Assembly: GCF_018350175.1 (NCBI RefSeq)
Contig: NC_058368.1
Location: forward strand, 61,072,001 to 61,136,000
DNA: 64,000 nt
Direction: 5' to 3'
From: Felis catus
Lineage: Eukaryota
How positions within the stretch are numbered: position 1 is the stretch's first letter; every line of letters starts with the position of its first letter. Under the pieces are notes generated by a model. That model ran no database searches. It was not told the DNA's origin and saw only the letters and a list, made by a program, of their open reading frames with translations. The translations under genes and the position numbers were made by a program. Positions 13,385-27,060 of this stretch are shown here, piece after piece.

Positions 13385-14796
13385 CCTTGCATCACCATAG
13401 TATGATATAAAAACATGATATATTTAAGTGAACTACATACCTTATTCAGTTTTCATCATTTCTTCACAGGTAGTCGTGTAAGTGTGTGTGCACAGTGTTC
13501 TATGCAATTCTGCCCAGTGTATAGATTTGTGTTACTACCAACAAAATCAACATATAGAATTATTCTATCACCATAAGTCCTTCATGCCATTCCTTTATGT
13601 TTTCACCCTGTCCCACCTCCCCACCATCCGTGTCTCTTGACAACCACTATTTTGTTCTCTTTCTCTATAATTTTGTCATTTCAGTAATGTTATATAAATG
13701 GAATCATGGAGTATTTAAACTTTTCTGATTGACTCTTTCTCCTTGAACCTAATGCTTTGAGATCCATCCTGGTGCTTTAACGTATCAACAGTCCATTCCT
13801 TTTTACTATGGACTAGTGCCCCATCATGTACACACAGTATATTTTGTTGACCTCTTAATGGACATTTGTATTATTTACAAACTTGGCCATCATGATTACA
13901 GGTATTATGAATGTCCATGTATAGGTATTTGAATAGAATATATTTTCATTTCTCTTTGTTAAATATCTAGGAGTGGGGTTTCTGGGTTTTAAGTGCTTGC
14001 TAACTTTATAAGATACTTCTGAACTTTTCCAAAATGTAAGTACTATGTTACTTTCAATCAACAGTGGTTTGTTGATCTTATTACTGAGTTCTATTGAGTT
14101 GCAATACTTTCTCCCATTATATAGTTTACCTTTTCTCTTTGTTAATGATAACATTATAAAACCAAACTTTTTCATTTTCAAAAAGCTCAAATTGTTTATT
14201 TTTCTTCACTTTGTTTTACTGTGTCTTATGTAAGAAACCCATGTGTCAGAAAGAATTTTCTATTCTAGGATATTTTAGTTTTAATTTTCACATTTAGGGT
14301 TGTGATTAAACTTGAAAAAATACAGCTTTAGTTGAGTGTGGATGGTCCCTTTTATCCCCATAGGACTCTGTTTTGAAAGCTTTCCTTTGCATGTTGAATT
14401 ACGTGGTAACTTTGTCAAAAAGCAATCGAACATGCACGTGTGGCTCTGTTGCTAGACTCCTAATCAATTTCATTGATCTATATGTCTTTCATTTCACCAG
14501 TTCTACAATTTTTAATTTTGCATTTCTTTATATAAATCTTGAAATTCAGCAGAGAAAGAACTTTAATTTTACTTTTCCAAATTTGTTTTGGTAGTTAAAT
14601 TTTCATATAAGCTAAAACATTAACTTACTAGTTTAATCTAGAATGCCTGCTGGATTTGTATGGAGTTTACCTGAAACTGTTGATCATTTTGTTAAGTTGA
14701 AATCTTACCAATATTCCAAACTACAGATATTGAGTCTCTTCAATTATTTAGGCCTTTAATGTATCTCAGGACTGTGTAGTTTGCAGTGTGTGCATT

Positions 14797-14831
14797 AAAA
14801 AACAAAAACAAAAACAAAAACAAAAACAAAC
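14797..14831. repeat. (AAAAAC)n microsatellite
   Basis: Direct reading of the sequence. Confidence 0.9.
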
Positions 14832-15546
14832 CAATTATTCGTAAGTATATCATGTTGTTTGACACCAGTATGGATCAAACTGTTCTTTTATTTCATTTAC
14901 CTAATTTTTTTATTTCATATATGAATAGTTTTGTATGTGAACTTTGTAACCTGACTTTGTAAAATTTATTAGTTGTTTTGTAGAATCCTGTAACTTGTAT
15001 TCAAAAGAAGTCACATCAAATACAAAGTTTTAGCTTTTCAATTTTTATAGCCCCTTTCTTCCTTCCACCTTATCTGAAAGGCTAATAATGGTGACATAAT
15101 GGTATGTAGAAGTGAACGGACAGTCTTGTTTCTACACCATCTTCGGTGGGAGAGCATTGAAGTTTTTTGTTGTAGTTTTGTGTGCATGGTCTTCATTAGA
15201 TGAAGGGAATTCCATTCCACTAGTTTTGTGAGAGTTTTTTATCATGAATGTGTGTGGAATTTTATGAAATCCTTTTCTGTGTCCTTAGAAATGATGATGT
15301 GATTTATCTCTTTTTTCTGTTAACAGACTGTTACATACTGTGATTTTTGCCTATTAAATCAACCTTGCATTCCTGAGATATAAAACCCAGTTATTCATTG
15401 TTCATATGTTACTTTAATCATTAAATTTAGTTAAAAGTTATTCATTTATAATCTTGAGAGATATTGCTTGAAGTTTTGTCTTCTTTTGTTTTCCTTTGTT
15501 TCTGGTAAGAGCATAATGGTGATTTTTTAAGAGAATCTAAAACTAA

Positions 15547-15999
15547 TGTGTTTTATATAGCTTCCATAACAAATTACCACAAATTAGTGCCACATGAAAC
15601 ATACACACACGTTTTGTCTTACAGGTATGTAGGTTTTAAGTCTGACATTAGTCTCACCAGGATAAAGTTAAGGTGTGGACAGGTTTGTGTTTCTTTCTAG
15701 AGGCTCTGGAAAAGAATCTGTTTCTTTACGTTTTCCAATTTTAAAGACTACTCACATTCCCCTCCCTGCATCTTCACACTAGCTATGTTACACCTTGACT
15801 ATTCTTTCTTGTGCCATCTGAACTCAGCTGGGGAAGGCTTCTCTGATTTTGATGTGATTATTGTCCCACCTCTACAACCCAATATACTCTCCCATTTCAA
15901 GGTCATTAATCCCATCTGCAAAATCTTTTTAGCCATACAAGGCATATTCATAGGGTCCAAAAATTAGGACATAAGGTATACATTATTCTGCCTACCACA
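15547..15999 (-). mobile_element. MaLR solo LTR, MLT1D-like
   Basis: CCATAACAAATTACCACAAATTAGTG at the left and ATTATTCTGCCTACCACA at the right, the standard MLT1 ends in antisense. Confidence 0.88.
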
Positions 16000-17469
16000 A
16001 GAATTGTTCTGTCTTGTGTTTATGAGAGAACCAATTTGCGATTGGTGATACTTTTTTCTGTTTTGTAGATTTCAGCAGTGAAACCTTCTGGGCCACAACT
16101 ATTCTTTGTCCAGAAAGTTAACTACATATTCATTTTATTTAATAGGTACGGAAGTGTTAAGGCACTCCCTAATTTGTTGAATTGTTGGAAAAATAATATG
16201 AGATTGTTAGTTTGATATTAATTATATTTTTATAGTACTTCCTGTTATCTGGGATCTGTGATAATAACAATGTTGTCATTCCTGATATTTGTATTTTGTG
16301 TTCCTTCCATCCCTCTCCTCTCTGTCTTGTCTAATACACATCATTTTTTAACTTTCAAAGACCTAGCTTTGGTTTTGTTATCTCTCATGTCTATTTTTTG
16401 TTTCATTAACTTCTAACGTTTATTGTGTTCTTCCTTCTAATTTATATTTTTGTTTTTCATTGTTTTTTTTTTTTATTTTTTTAGTAGAATCCTATACACC
16501 TGGACTTCTTTGGAACTATAAAATAATTATTCTTTTTAAATATAAACGTTAAAAGCTATAAATTTCCCTCTAGATACTTCTTTATTTGCCTCACTCAATT
16601 CTTCTGTTATATTTTTGTTATCTTAGACTCTACATTTTTATAGTTAGAGATGAATGCTGGTTAGAATTAGAGAAAATTGAAGGAGGAGAACATAAAGTGA
16701 GAGGAAGCATACTCCTAGTAGTTATGTTTCTGTGCCACCAAGGAAGCAAAACTACTTTTCTCCAATCAGTGGGCTTAACTATGGATAAATTACTTACTGG
16801 AGATTTTTTTTTTTTTTTTGACCCATGCATTATTTCAAACTATGAGGAATAATTTCCAAATATTTGAAATTTTACCAGATTCATTATTATTGATTTACTA
16901 CTTGTATATTACATCAAACTCTTTTACATTTTCCAAGTCCTTTTCTTTTTTCTTTTTTTTTTTTTTTCATTTTGTTTTTTCTTTGGTCCAGCATGTTTAT
17001 CTTGGTAGCCACCCAGATGCCCCTGACAACTAGTACTTTTGATTGCTGAGGAAGGAGTGTTAAAATCTATGTGCACTTACTTATTTCTCCTATTGATTCT
17101 TTTCAGTTTTTGCCTTTTTAAAAATGATCATTGTCTCTAATTGATGTGTATATATTTAGGATACTTCAGTCTTGCTGAGAAAAGTGATCCTTTTATCATT
17201 ATTAAAATGTTCTCTCTTTTTAGTATTTTTTGTTATCAAATTTATTTCATCTGGTGTTACCCCAACTATTTCTATGTTTACCCCAAGCCTTTCTATGTTT
17301 ATGGTTTTCATGTATGTACATGTACATACATGTCTAAAATGAATTTTTTATAGATAATATATAATTGGGTCTCATGTTTTTACCTATTTTTATATCTGAT
17401 ATTTATTTTTATTAGCTTATTTATGGAAATTTATTCATAAAAATTATCTCAGAACTCTTTTGAAAATAT

Positions 17470-17540
17470 CTTTTTAATTGAGGTATAGTCAACACAGTTT
17501 ATATTAGCTTCAGGTATAAAAAGTAGTGATTCAACATGTC
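17470..17540 (-). mobile_element. Very short 3'-tip insertion of a carnivore L1
   Basis: TTTTTAATTGAGGTATAGTCAACACAGTTTATATTAGCTTCAGGTATAAAAAGTAGTGATTC matches the antisense 3' terminus of laurasiatherian/carnivore L1. Confidence 0.65.
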
Positions 17541-19585
17541 TGATTTTTATTTCAGGATTTAGTTAATATTTAATGTAATTATTGGTATGATTGAATTTAT
17601 ATAAATCATTTAGTATTTACTATTTTTCTGTTTTCTCATTTATTATGTTTTAAATTATGTAACTACATTTTAATTTAGTTTATATATTGTCATATTTTGC
17701 AATGCAGATTTCCTGTTTTTTTTTATAAATAATCTTGGGAGTACAATATTATACTTAAATGTTCCCAGTATATCTAAAGTTATGTCAGATAAAATATAGA
17801 AAATTTGCAATCATGAGTCCTTTCCCCTGCAATCTTCTATGTTGTCTATGACATATACAGTACATCTACATCTATTCCAGTACACTATAATAACATTTCA
17901 TAATTGTTGCTTTGGGCAATCATATTTAAATTAAAAAAAATCACATTTTACCAATATATTTATCATTTCCATTATTTTCAGTCAGCCTTGAAGATATAGT
18001 TTTGTTTTAGTTTTATTTCACTTCAGATTGAGAAACTTCTTTTAGAGTTTCTTATACTACTAGTATGGAACCAAGATGTTACTTTTCTTTTATCTGAGTA
18101 TACCTGTCATTGACCTTATCTTGAAGGATTTTTTGCCAGATCTAGAAAAAGCACAGACTTTTCTTCTTTAAGCATCTCAAAAATATTGCACCATGAACTT
18201 TTCATCTCCATTGTTTCTGATCAGAAGCTTAAATGATATTTATCATTTTATCAGTTTTCTCTGGCTTCTGTCAAGATTTTTCTCTTTATCTTTGGTTTCC
18301 AGGTGTTTCCTTTGATTTATCTAGGTGATGTGGTCTTCAAATATAGCCTTTTGAGCTGTGCTGAGTTATTGAATGTATAAAGAGCTGTGTTTTTCTAAAC
18401 TTTGGGGAAGTTTTTGTTCATTGTTTTCTCATTTATATTTTTTGACTCATTTTCTCTCTCATGTTAGATGTGATAGAGTCCCAAAGCCCATGAGGCTACC
18501 TTTATATTTCACCAATGTTTTTATTTTTCCTACTCAAGCTGGATACTTTATCTTTCTTCATGTAACTGTTTTTCATCTTCATTCTGCTATTTTATTTTCC
18601 ACATATTTTTTAGTTCTAAAATTTCCTTTTCTATATTTCTTTGCTGAGTTTCTTAGATTTACATTCACTGATATGTGTTACTACTTTACCACACTAAGCA
18701 TAGTTACTATACTCTAAATGTGTGTGTGTGTGTGTTTTTAAACTGTGTCATTTTGGGATTGACATGTATTGTCTTGAAACTTAAGAATTGATTATGGTTC
18801 CTGGGTCTTTATATTTTGAACCTTACATTATTGCATCATTGATGTAAGTGCTATATTGTGGAGATATAGAATTCTCTTAATTGCTCCAAAGATTATTGAT
18901 TTCTAAAAAAGCATTGTTGGTGGAAGTTAACTTGTTACAACTCAAATTAGACACTCTCATTCCTGAAGTAAATAGCAATTCAGAATTCACTTTAGGTGTT
19001 TCAGCTGTATTTGAAAGGTAACTTAGTCTTCCTTGCACAAGGTATATTGACACACTTACTGGGTCTGTTTTAATTTCTCTAAGCCATGTTTAGTATTCAG
19101 ATTACAAATCTTGCACAGCATTGATGAGATTTATCCCTAAATAATTTGCATTTTGATGCTGTTGTAAATGGTATATTAAAAAGTTTTAATTTCCAGATTT
19201 TTGTCCCTAGTATGTTGAAATGGAATTGAATTTTACATAGTGATCTTATACCCTGCGTATAAGCTGAACTCATTTGTTAATGGAGCTTATTTGTGAAGTT
19301 CCTCGAATTATTAACATAGACAGTCCTGCCATTTATGACTAGAATTTAACTTCTTTCTTAATTGAGATGATTTTTTTATTTATTTTGCTTATTGCACTGA
19401 CTGAAAACTTTAATACAATGAAATTTGAAATGGTGAAAACAGGCATCCTTACTTAGTCCTTGATATTAAAGGCAAAAATTAGAGCCTTTCAATATGAGGT
19501 ATGATGTTTGCTCTAGGACTTTTGTAGATGATCTTCATATCATTTTAAGGACATTTCCTTTTAGTCCAAGTTTGCTGAGAGTTTT

Positions 19586-19801
19586 TTTTTTATTTTAATT
19601 TTTTTAATGTTTATTTTTGAGAGAGAAAAGGAGACAGAGTGCAAGCGGGGGTGGGGCAGAGAGAGAGGGAGATACAGAATCCAAAGCAGGCTCCAGGCTG
19701 AGCTGTCAGGCCAGAGCCCCATGAGGGGCTTGAACTCACAAATCACAAGACCATGACCTGAGCTGAATTCAGAGGCTTAACCGACTAAGCCCCCAGGCGC
19801 C
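19586..19801 (-). mobile_element. Can-SINE (felid type)
   Basis: PolyT, (GA)n, CAGAATCCAAAGCAGGCTCCAGGCT...CCAGGCGCCC. Confidence 0.95.
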
Positions 19802-19807
19802 TTAAAA

Positions 19808-19921
19808 GTTTTTTTTTAAGAGTTTATTTTTAAGTTATCTCTATCACCAAAATGGGGCATGAATTTACAACCCCAAGATCAGGAGTCCCAAGCTCTAGTG
19901 ATTGTACCAGCCAGGCACCCC
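19808..19921 (-). mobile_element. Short Can-SINE lacking the CT tract
   Basis: ATCTCTATCACCAAAATGGGG...CAGCCAGGCACCCC; TTGCTGAGAGTTTT flanks the two-SINE block on both sides. Confidence 0.88.
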
Positions 19922-21339
19922 TTGCTGAGAGTTTTATTAGGGATGAATGTTAGATTTTGTCAAATGACTTTTATGCATCTACTGAGATGCAGTCCCTTTT
20001 GTGATTATTAATATAATGAATTACATTGATGATTTTTTTTTCTTTTTACTGTTAAATCAACTTTTCATTTCTGGGACACAATATGTTTGACTATGATGCA
20101 TTATCACTTTTATATATTTTTAGCTTTGGTTTGATATTTTTTTAAAATTTCTGCATCTTTCTTCATTAGAGAATATTAATCTGAAATTTTGTTGCCACCT
20201 TGTTTTGGTGTCATGGAAACAGTGTCCATTGTAGAAAAGTTGGGAATTATTTATTTTCAGTTTTATTACAGAGGTAGCAAACAACTTGCATTATTTCATC
20301 ATTAAATATTTCATAGTATTCAACAGTGAAGATATTAGGGTCTGGAATATATTTTATGTGCAAGTACAAATTTTTTAAAATATACACAGGGTTGCTTAGA
20401 TTGTCCATTTTTTTCCTTAAGTGAAATTTAAAAGTATCTTTCAAGCAATTTCCCTGAGTTCTATAATTCATTATCATAAAGTTATATTTTCTTATTTAAA
20501 AATGATTTCTGTTCTGTTTTATTCCTGTGGTCTCTATAGACAACACTAAATTGTGTTTTGTCTCTTTTTTTCTGATATGTGTTGTTTATCAATTCATTTT
20601 ATATTCTTCACTACTTTTTGGTTTCATTGTTCTTTGCTACTCTGATCCGAATTACTTCCTTCCTTCCTCCAACTTTGGGTTTGATTTGCTCTTCTTTTTC
20701 TAGTTTCCCTAAGGTAGAAAATGAAGCCAGCTGACAAAGCAGATTTCAGACCTCTCTTCTCATATAGGTATTTGATCCTATAAGTTTTTATGCTAGATAT
20801 AAATTTAGTGGCACTTTTGAATATGTAATACGTTGTGGTTCTCCTTTTAGTAAATATAACTTACAATTTCCTTTTGATTTCTTTTGTGACCTATGAGCTA
20901 TTTAGATGTGTTAGTTTCCAAATGAATTTATCTGTTACTGAATTTTATTTTAATATTGTTGTGGTCATACAATATACTTTGTATAACATAAATATTCTAA
21001 TGAAGTGGAAACTTGTATTATAGCCCAGACCATAGTGTAATCTTCAAAAGTATTTTGTGTGCATTTAAGAACTATGTATATCCATTTGCTTCTGGATAAA
21101 TGTTTTCTGTAATGTCTGTTAGGTTCAGTTGGTGTTTAGAGTTGTTCAAATCTTCTGTATACTTACTGACTCTCTAATTCTATCAGTTATTGATATTGAA
21201 TACAATCAGTGGAAAAAATTTAGTTTATAATCAGAATAATAGTTTAGCTAAATTTAGTTCTGTCAGCTTATTCTTTGTTTATATAAAACGTTATATATAC
21301 ACATACTAAATATTTGCATGGAAAGGAGGTAAAATAATT

Positions 21340-21750
21340 AGTTTAGGGTACTGAGCCAAACACCTTGAAGTAAAACTGGCTCTGCCACTTACTAGTTGTT
21401 CAGACTTGAGAAACTTACTTACTTTTTATTTTATAATCTGCAGCTAAAAGTATTATTTACTTTTAAGCATCCAACTTTGGCTCAGGTTGTGATCTTGCAG
21501 TTTGTGAGTATGAGACCTGAATCTGGCTCTGTGCTGACAGTTCAGAGCCTGGAGCCTGCTTCGGATTCTGTGGCTCCCTCTCTCTCTCTCTGCCCCTCCA
21601 CCAGTCGAGCTCTGTCTCTCTCTGCTTCTCTCTCTCTCAAAAATAAACAAACAGTATTACTCCAAAAAGTTTTGAGGACTAGAAAAAGAGACAAGTTTAT
21701 TACATATAGTATGCCCTGAATACATTTTAGTTAATATAGGGCTATTTTGT
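21340..21750 (+). mobile_element. MIR, interrupted by a SINE
   Basis: CTGGCTCTGCCACTTACTAGTTG MIR core; degraded continuation after 21655. Confidence 0.6.
21462..21652 (+). mobile_element. Can-SINE, 5'-truncated
   Basis: GGCTCAGGTTGTGATCTTGCAG...GGAGCCTGCTTCGGATTCTGTG, (CT)n tract, AAAAATAAAC. Confidence 0.93.
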
Positions 21751-21789
21751 TTTACAATATAATGTAAAGTTTTATTATTTAATCATATT

Positions 21790-21970
21790 CTACACAATAA
21801 TAATGTCTTTTAAATCTCATAATATATAGGATATATTATTTTGAACTTGTAATTCAAGTGATAAAATTGAAGTATAATAAGATTAAATGACTTGCCTAAG
21901 GTTAGGTAGTTGCTAAGATAAGAAATGATTAATAGAACTCAGGTTTATGAATGCAAAGTATATTTTAGCT
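21790..21970 (-). mobile_element. MIR
   Basis: GATTAAATGACTTGCCTAAGGT and GAACTCAGGT core motifs. Confidence 0.65.
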
Positions 21971-23256
21971 GAAGCTCTTCTAGGTATAAATATACTCTTT
22001 AGTTGGGAAAAGGTAAAATTTGTATATTTATGTGTTTTAAAAATGAACAAGTTACAGATTTAGAGATGAAGATGTTCTCATAGTAGGGCTTATGTTAAGT
22101 CTCTATGAACCAGTACAGCCATACCAATTGTTCAATTACTTAAATACATCCCCATGCAAGTTGTAAAATGTCGCTTTAGCTCCCACGTTGCTCTTCCTTC
22201 ATCAACTGTCCCCTCCCTGAAGAACTCCAGGAGGTTCTTTTTAACCCTTGAAATCACAAAATACTTCAAGGCGTCTATTTCAGTGTATGGGTAACAGTGG
22301 GTAATAATATTGGCCTGTTTCTGTCCATTATCATTAAATATTTTCAGTATCACTCAATTTACAAATGGATACGGGGGCAGATGGATACTGTTTTGTGATA
22401 TGGTGCTGGAAATTCTTGCGGAATAAGCTGAATCAGATGGAGGTTTTGCTAGCCATCATTGAACAATTAACTGCCACGCAGTTTACTAGGTGTATTAACA
22501 TACATTCACGGGGAAAATGATGACTAATAGTTTTCCAGTGCCAGAAGGGGGGATTTATTAAGTAATAGCTCAACTCTCCTTTAAAGATGTCAATTATACT
22601 CTGTACCTGCTGATTTAGAAACTGAAGTCGGAAAATACATGCATAGTTCTATACTGCACTATTCGTTTACAATTGCAGTATAAAAATCAGAATTTCTGAG
22701 TCTATCTACATCTATAAATAGCATTTATTACCTTTTGCAGCCATCAGTGCACTGTCCCTTTACACAGTGTATTGACATTAGTGGGAAAAATTGCTTGAAC
22801 TGGTTTTATAGCTATCTAAGGAAGTATTTATATAGGTATTGTGGATCTGTGGGGAAGGAGGAAGGGGTATTCCTCTCTATTCTTCCTGTTTTTTAAGGTA
22901 CTCACACATGCGATCACAAATATAGCTGTATTTAATGGGTGGGATGAGGTGTAGGAGGCAGGATAGTGTCAGCGCATATAAGTAGCACAGTAATTGCTGT
23001 TCCAGCTGAGATTGGTACTGTGCACTGACACAGATTTTAAGCAAATCTCAATGTGGGAAATGGCTTTAGCTAATTGGAAGTTGTATAGTTTGTTAATCAG
23101 GGAGGGTATCTTTCTCTTTCTTTTATTCAAATACACAGTCATGTATGAATTGAAGAGATATGTGATATTTTTAGATGAAAAATTAGGATCTGGGGTAGAC
23201 CCATAGAAAAAGGATGAGTTGAACACCTGAAAGTCATATCGGAGAAAAGATACAAA

Positions 23257-23486
23257 CTCTCCTCTTTCCCTCCCCCTCTCTCCCTTCCTCTTCCCCCACC
23301 CCACTCTCCCTGCCTCTACCTTGTCCTCCTTCTCCTTCTCCTTTTCTTACCTTCCCCCCTTCACCTTTCTCTTTCTTCCCCCTTCCTCTCTCTGTCCCTC
23401 TGCTTCCCTACACCCTCCTCTTCCCTCCCTTCTCCTCCCCCACCCCTCCCCCTGTCTTCCACAGGCTCTCTCTTCCTCTCTCTCCA
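23257..23486. repeat. C/T-rich low-complexity polypyrimidine tract, ~230 bp
   Basis: Almost pure C/T on the + strand. Confidence 0.92.
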
Positions 23487-25384
23487 TTTAAATGCATGCC
23501 TTTATTTCAGTCAATTATGAACTGCCAATATTCTCTGCTAAGTTTATAAGTTAGTTTTTAAAAAGTCTATATAAATATATGTATATATTAATATATATTA
23601 TTCAAAATTCCCATTGTCATTCTCATCCATAATTTTTGGTAGAGATGAGTTTCATGAGAAGTAAAAACAGGGACAGTGACGTTTAAAGGTACCTGGAGTC
23701 TAAAACTTAATGTGCATGGAAAACTTTTCTTAATTCAGTTATAGCCTCGCCTGAGATAACTGGACTCATTTGAGCCATTTCAAGTAAGATTCTGTGCACA
23801 TTGTGAACTCAGAATTGCTCTTTTAAAAGTGTCTACCAGCCCCATGACTACTGCTGACAGAGGTTGTCTTTCATTAGTAGTTTGTGAGGACCTTTTGACA
23901 GGATGTGAGCTGGGTGGCTGTGACACTTCATTGATCCATTTACAGTCTATCCCTGGTTGTTCTGTAACAGCTATGAATTGGTTTCCTTCTCCTGCTTTCT
24001 AATAATCAGTCTAGGGAATTTCTGAGAAAGTTTTGGGTCTGATTAAAATCTAGTGATTTTGAAAATATTGTAAACTACATTGGAAATCTGTCAATTTAAA
24101 GAAATTCGATAAATGACTCTTCTTAATTTATTCATGTATTTTGCAAACATAGTTAATAGAGGTTATTTAAATCTTAGAGAAAATTAATACTTGCCTTGAA
24201 ATACAGTATATTGCTCTTTATAGGTAACATTGAATTTCTGAAATGACTTCCTGTCTCAATTGTATCTTTGCAAAATGGAAACAGCAAAATGAGTGTTATT
24301 CTTAGGATGTGCAATTGAAAAATAAATTATTAAATTATTATTAAATATTGGCCAGAATAAATAAATATTATCAGAATAACCTGATAATATGAATAGTCAG
24401 GTTGATAGAGGTAGCTAGAAATATACTGTTGAGTCTCTAAACAAAAACCCTATTATTAACCCTGAATATAATGCATAGTTAGTTGCTAATTGCTTCTTAC
24501 AGTCCATAATTTGTTATCAGATGAATTCTATTTTTGCTACATAGATCTTTTTTAAAAAGTTTGAATTTGGATGTTATACACCAAATTATTAAATAAACTC
24601 TTTTAATGTAATGAGTTTTAACCATTATGAATTTTTCTAATGGTTTATTATTTATAGGATAAATTGCATTGAAGAATACAAATTAATATTGAAGAATTTC
24701 AGTTGTAATTATAAGAAGCATTGGGTTTTATATAGGGAATAAAACATTCTTGGAAGGAAGATAAGAGTGTTGATAGAAATGTTTTTTGTTTGAATATTTT
24801 ATTTATTGTCTGTCACACTATCAGAAATTTCACTAATTTGTGGCAATTTCAAATGATACTATTGAAGAGACTTGTAAAACTGAGACATTTGTTCATATGG
24901 TCGTGTGTTATAATTTGAAATTGGTATATTTCATATTTAATATATCCATCAATTTTCTTGAAAACAACAGGAAATAAATATGATTGGGCTGATTGGCGAT
25001 AAGAAATTCAAAGAAATAATAGCACCTAAATAGTTATTTCATTTCGGTGTATCCATTTAGCCTGTAACCTGAATCATTCTTCTGTTGGCTGAGGTTCACT
25101 TCTTACGTTCTGTATTCAATGCAAAACTCGTTAATGTCCTAAAGGACAATGCAATCCTAACTATTGGAGCTGTCTTTTCTACTGAATAGAAATCTCCAGG
25201 TTAACAATGTAACTTCACAGTGACAGGGCTCTAATTAAACAATAAATAACAAAGTCAGACCTGGATAAATTCTCAAAAGAATTAATTCATCTATGGGTGA
25301 GCTTGTTATATCCTGCCCCAGTTTGACATTGAAAAGCTGTTCCACAGTCTTGATTTTCAAGTTAGATAACTCTTAATACATTGA

Positions 25385-25753
25385 AGTAGCATTTATTGAA
25401 CTTCAAATACTAGGCACAGGACTCTGTCTTTGCTTACCAAACACTCACAGAAAAGATATGATGAAAACCCCATTAACACACAATTACAATATATGTTAGT
25501 TTTTGTAACTAAATTATGTTGTAGCAGTTATGGGAGAACATATAAAGGGACTATAAACATGACTCATCAGTTTAAGAAGGATTCACAGGGTAGGAAACCC
25601 TCAGTCAGATTTTTAAAGGAGGAACAGGGGGTACCAAAAGTAGAAGAGAACATGACCGGCTGAAAGAAAAACCTGAATTAAAAATGGGAGGTCTGATGGC
25701 GATAGGTCTCATTTGGCATAATTCATGCCACTTAGAATGCCTTAAGCTCTTTG

Positions 25754-25796
<43 letters not shown>

Positions 25797-26520
25797 ACTG
25801 GTATGAGACAAAGTGTATAGACTAGCAATGAATCATAGATCATTTACGGACTTTTCTAAGAAATTAATTTTTAGCCTGTAGGAAATGGAAAAAGAAACAA
25901 TTTAAGTAGGGCAGTGACAATTGTATTTGTGTTTAATGAAGAGGCCTTGATGGAATTGTAGATGATTGAGAAAATAGTGAACAGACTGGAGAGCTGCAGA
26001 CCAGCAGCATGTTGCTATCATAATTTGCACTAGAGATAGAATGGCCATAGGACAATTTCATTGGAGCTGAAGAGGATCAGAGACAGGAGACTTATGTTTG
26101 AGAAGCGGAGAGAAAAAAATATATATGGAATGATTCCCAAGAAATTGCCTTGGGCAACTGGGTGAGTGACAGTGTTATTAAATAAGATAAGAAATATATT
26201 AGGTTCAAGTGAAAAAAAGTGATGATTTATGTTTTGGACAAAATGAGTTCACGATGCCTATGCCTATGGGGTATACAACGGATAATATCCAGTAGGCCCT
26301 GGAAACCTGGCAGTAGAACCTAGGAAATAGATCTGAAATATGTAGCTTCTAATGTCATTAATAGTGATTCTTGTACAGACCACTAGCAATACAATACAGA
26401 TGGTGCCAACTTTTGAACTTGCATCCTTGAAGCCATGACTTACTAAGACAATCATCCTAAGTGTATAAAGAAAGGGATTGTGGACTAAAATTTAAGAAAC
26501 TCAGATAGATAAAAGGAAAA
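25385..26520 (-). mobile_element. LINE-2 fragment
   Basis: GCATTTATTGAAC 3' tip; ATGATTCCCAAGAAATTGCCTTGGGCAACTGGGTGAGTGACAGTG and GTTTTGGACAAAATGAGTT motifs. Confidence 0.75.
25754..25797. repeat. (TTG)n microsatellite, ~14 units
   Basis: Direct reading of the sequence. Confidence 0.95.
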
Positions 26521-26934
26521 GGATAAAGCTCCTCTTGGATTCAGATTGCATTCAGTGTAGAACAACCAGAATGAATTTCCAAATATCTCCTCTTACTCCT
26601 TGTGCTTCCACCGCTTAGGTGAGGACTGTTCCCTAGGTACTTAATATACATCACAGACACAGTACACGTTTTAACATACAATACTGAGTTGGTTAATTAA
26701 AAGCATGCTGCTAGCCAATATGTACAATCACTAGAACACATAAGAGCTTATTTTGTAAATTATTCATGTAAGTTGGGAAAAGTCAAGAGGGCTTCAGAGG
26801 CTTAGCAAAGAGGCAAGTTAGCAAGTTCAGATTACCTGGCTTAGTGCCTGCTTCACTTAGTTTGACTTAATTCTTTAAGAAAGTCTTAATCCAGGAGTTA
26901 AAACAAAATTTCTCTCCTTTTCCAAACCATTACA

Positions 26935-27060
26935 AGTTTATTATATGTGAGAAATTGCTCTGTGCACTTCATACAGTACTAGTTCATTCCATCTTCACAA
27001 ACAAAGGTGTTGTGAAGCAGCGTCTTTATTCCTAATTTACAGAAAGGAAAATGGAAACTG
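26935..27060 (-). mobile_element. MIR
   Basis: ATCTTCACAAAC...TTTATTCCTAATTTACAGAAAGGAAAATGGA. Confidence 0.6.

Larger units (their letters stand above)
12850..19000 (-). mobile_element. Large old L1 (L1MC/L1MD-like), 3'UTR into ORF2, fragmented and interrupted by younger insertions
   Basis: Antisense L1 hallmarks: ACAACCACTATTTTGTTCTCT, TATATAAATGGAATCAT, AACCTTGCATTCCTGAGATAT and GTGAAACCTTCTGGGCC. Interrupted at 12961-13384, 15547-15999 and ~17470-17540. May be more than one element. Confidence 0.75.
19030..21200 (-). mobile_element. Old L1 ORF2 fragment, interrupted by two SINEs
   Basis: TTTGATGCTGTTGTAAATGG, GGCATCCTTACTTAGTCCTTGAT and GATTTTGTCAAATGACTTTTATGCATCTACTGAGATG are antisense ORF2 RT-region motifs. 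Confidence 0.82.

Noticed and set aside
25605..25811. Poly-Asn ORF
   Set aside because: It is produced by the (TTG)n microsatellite inside an L2.
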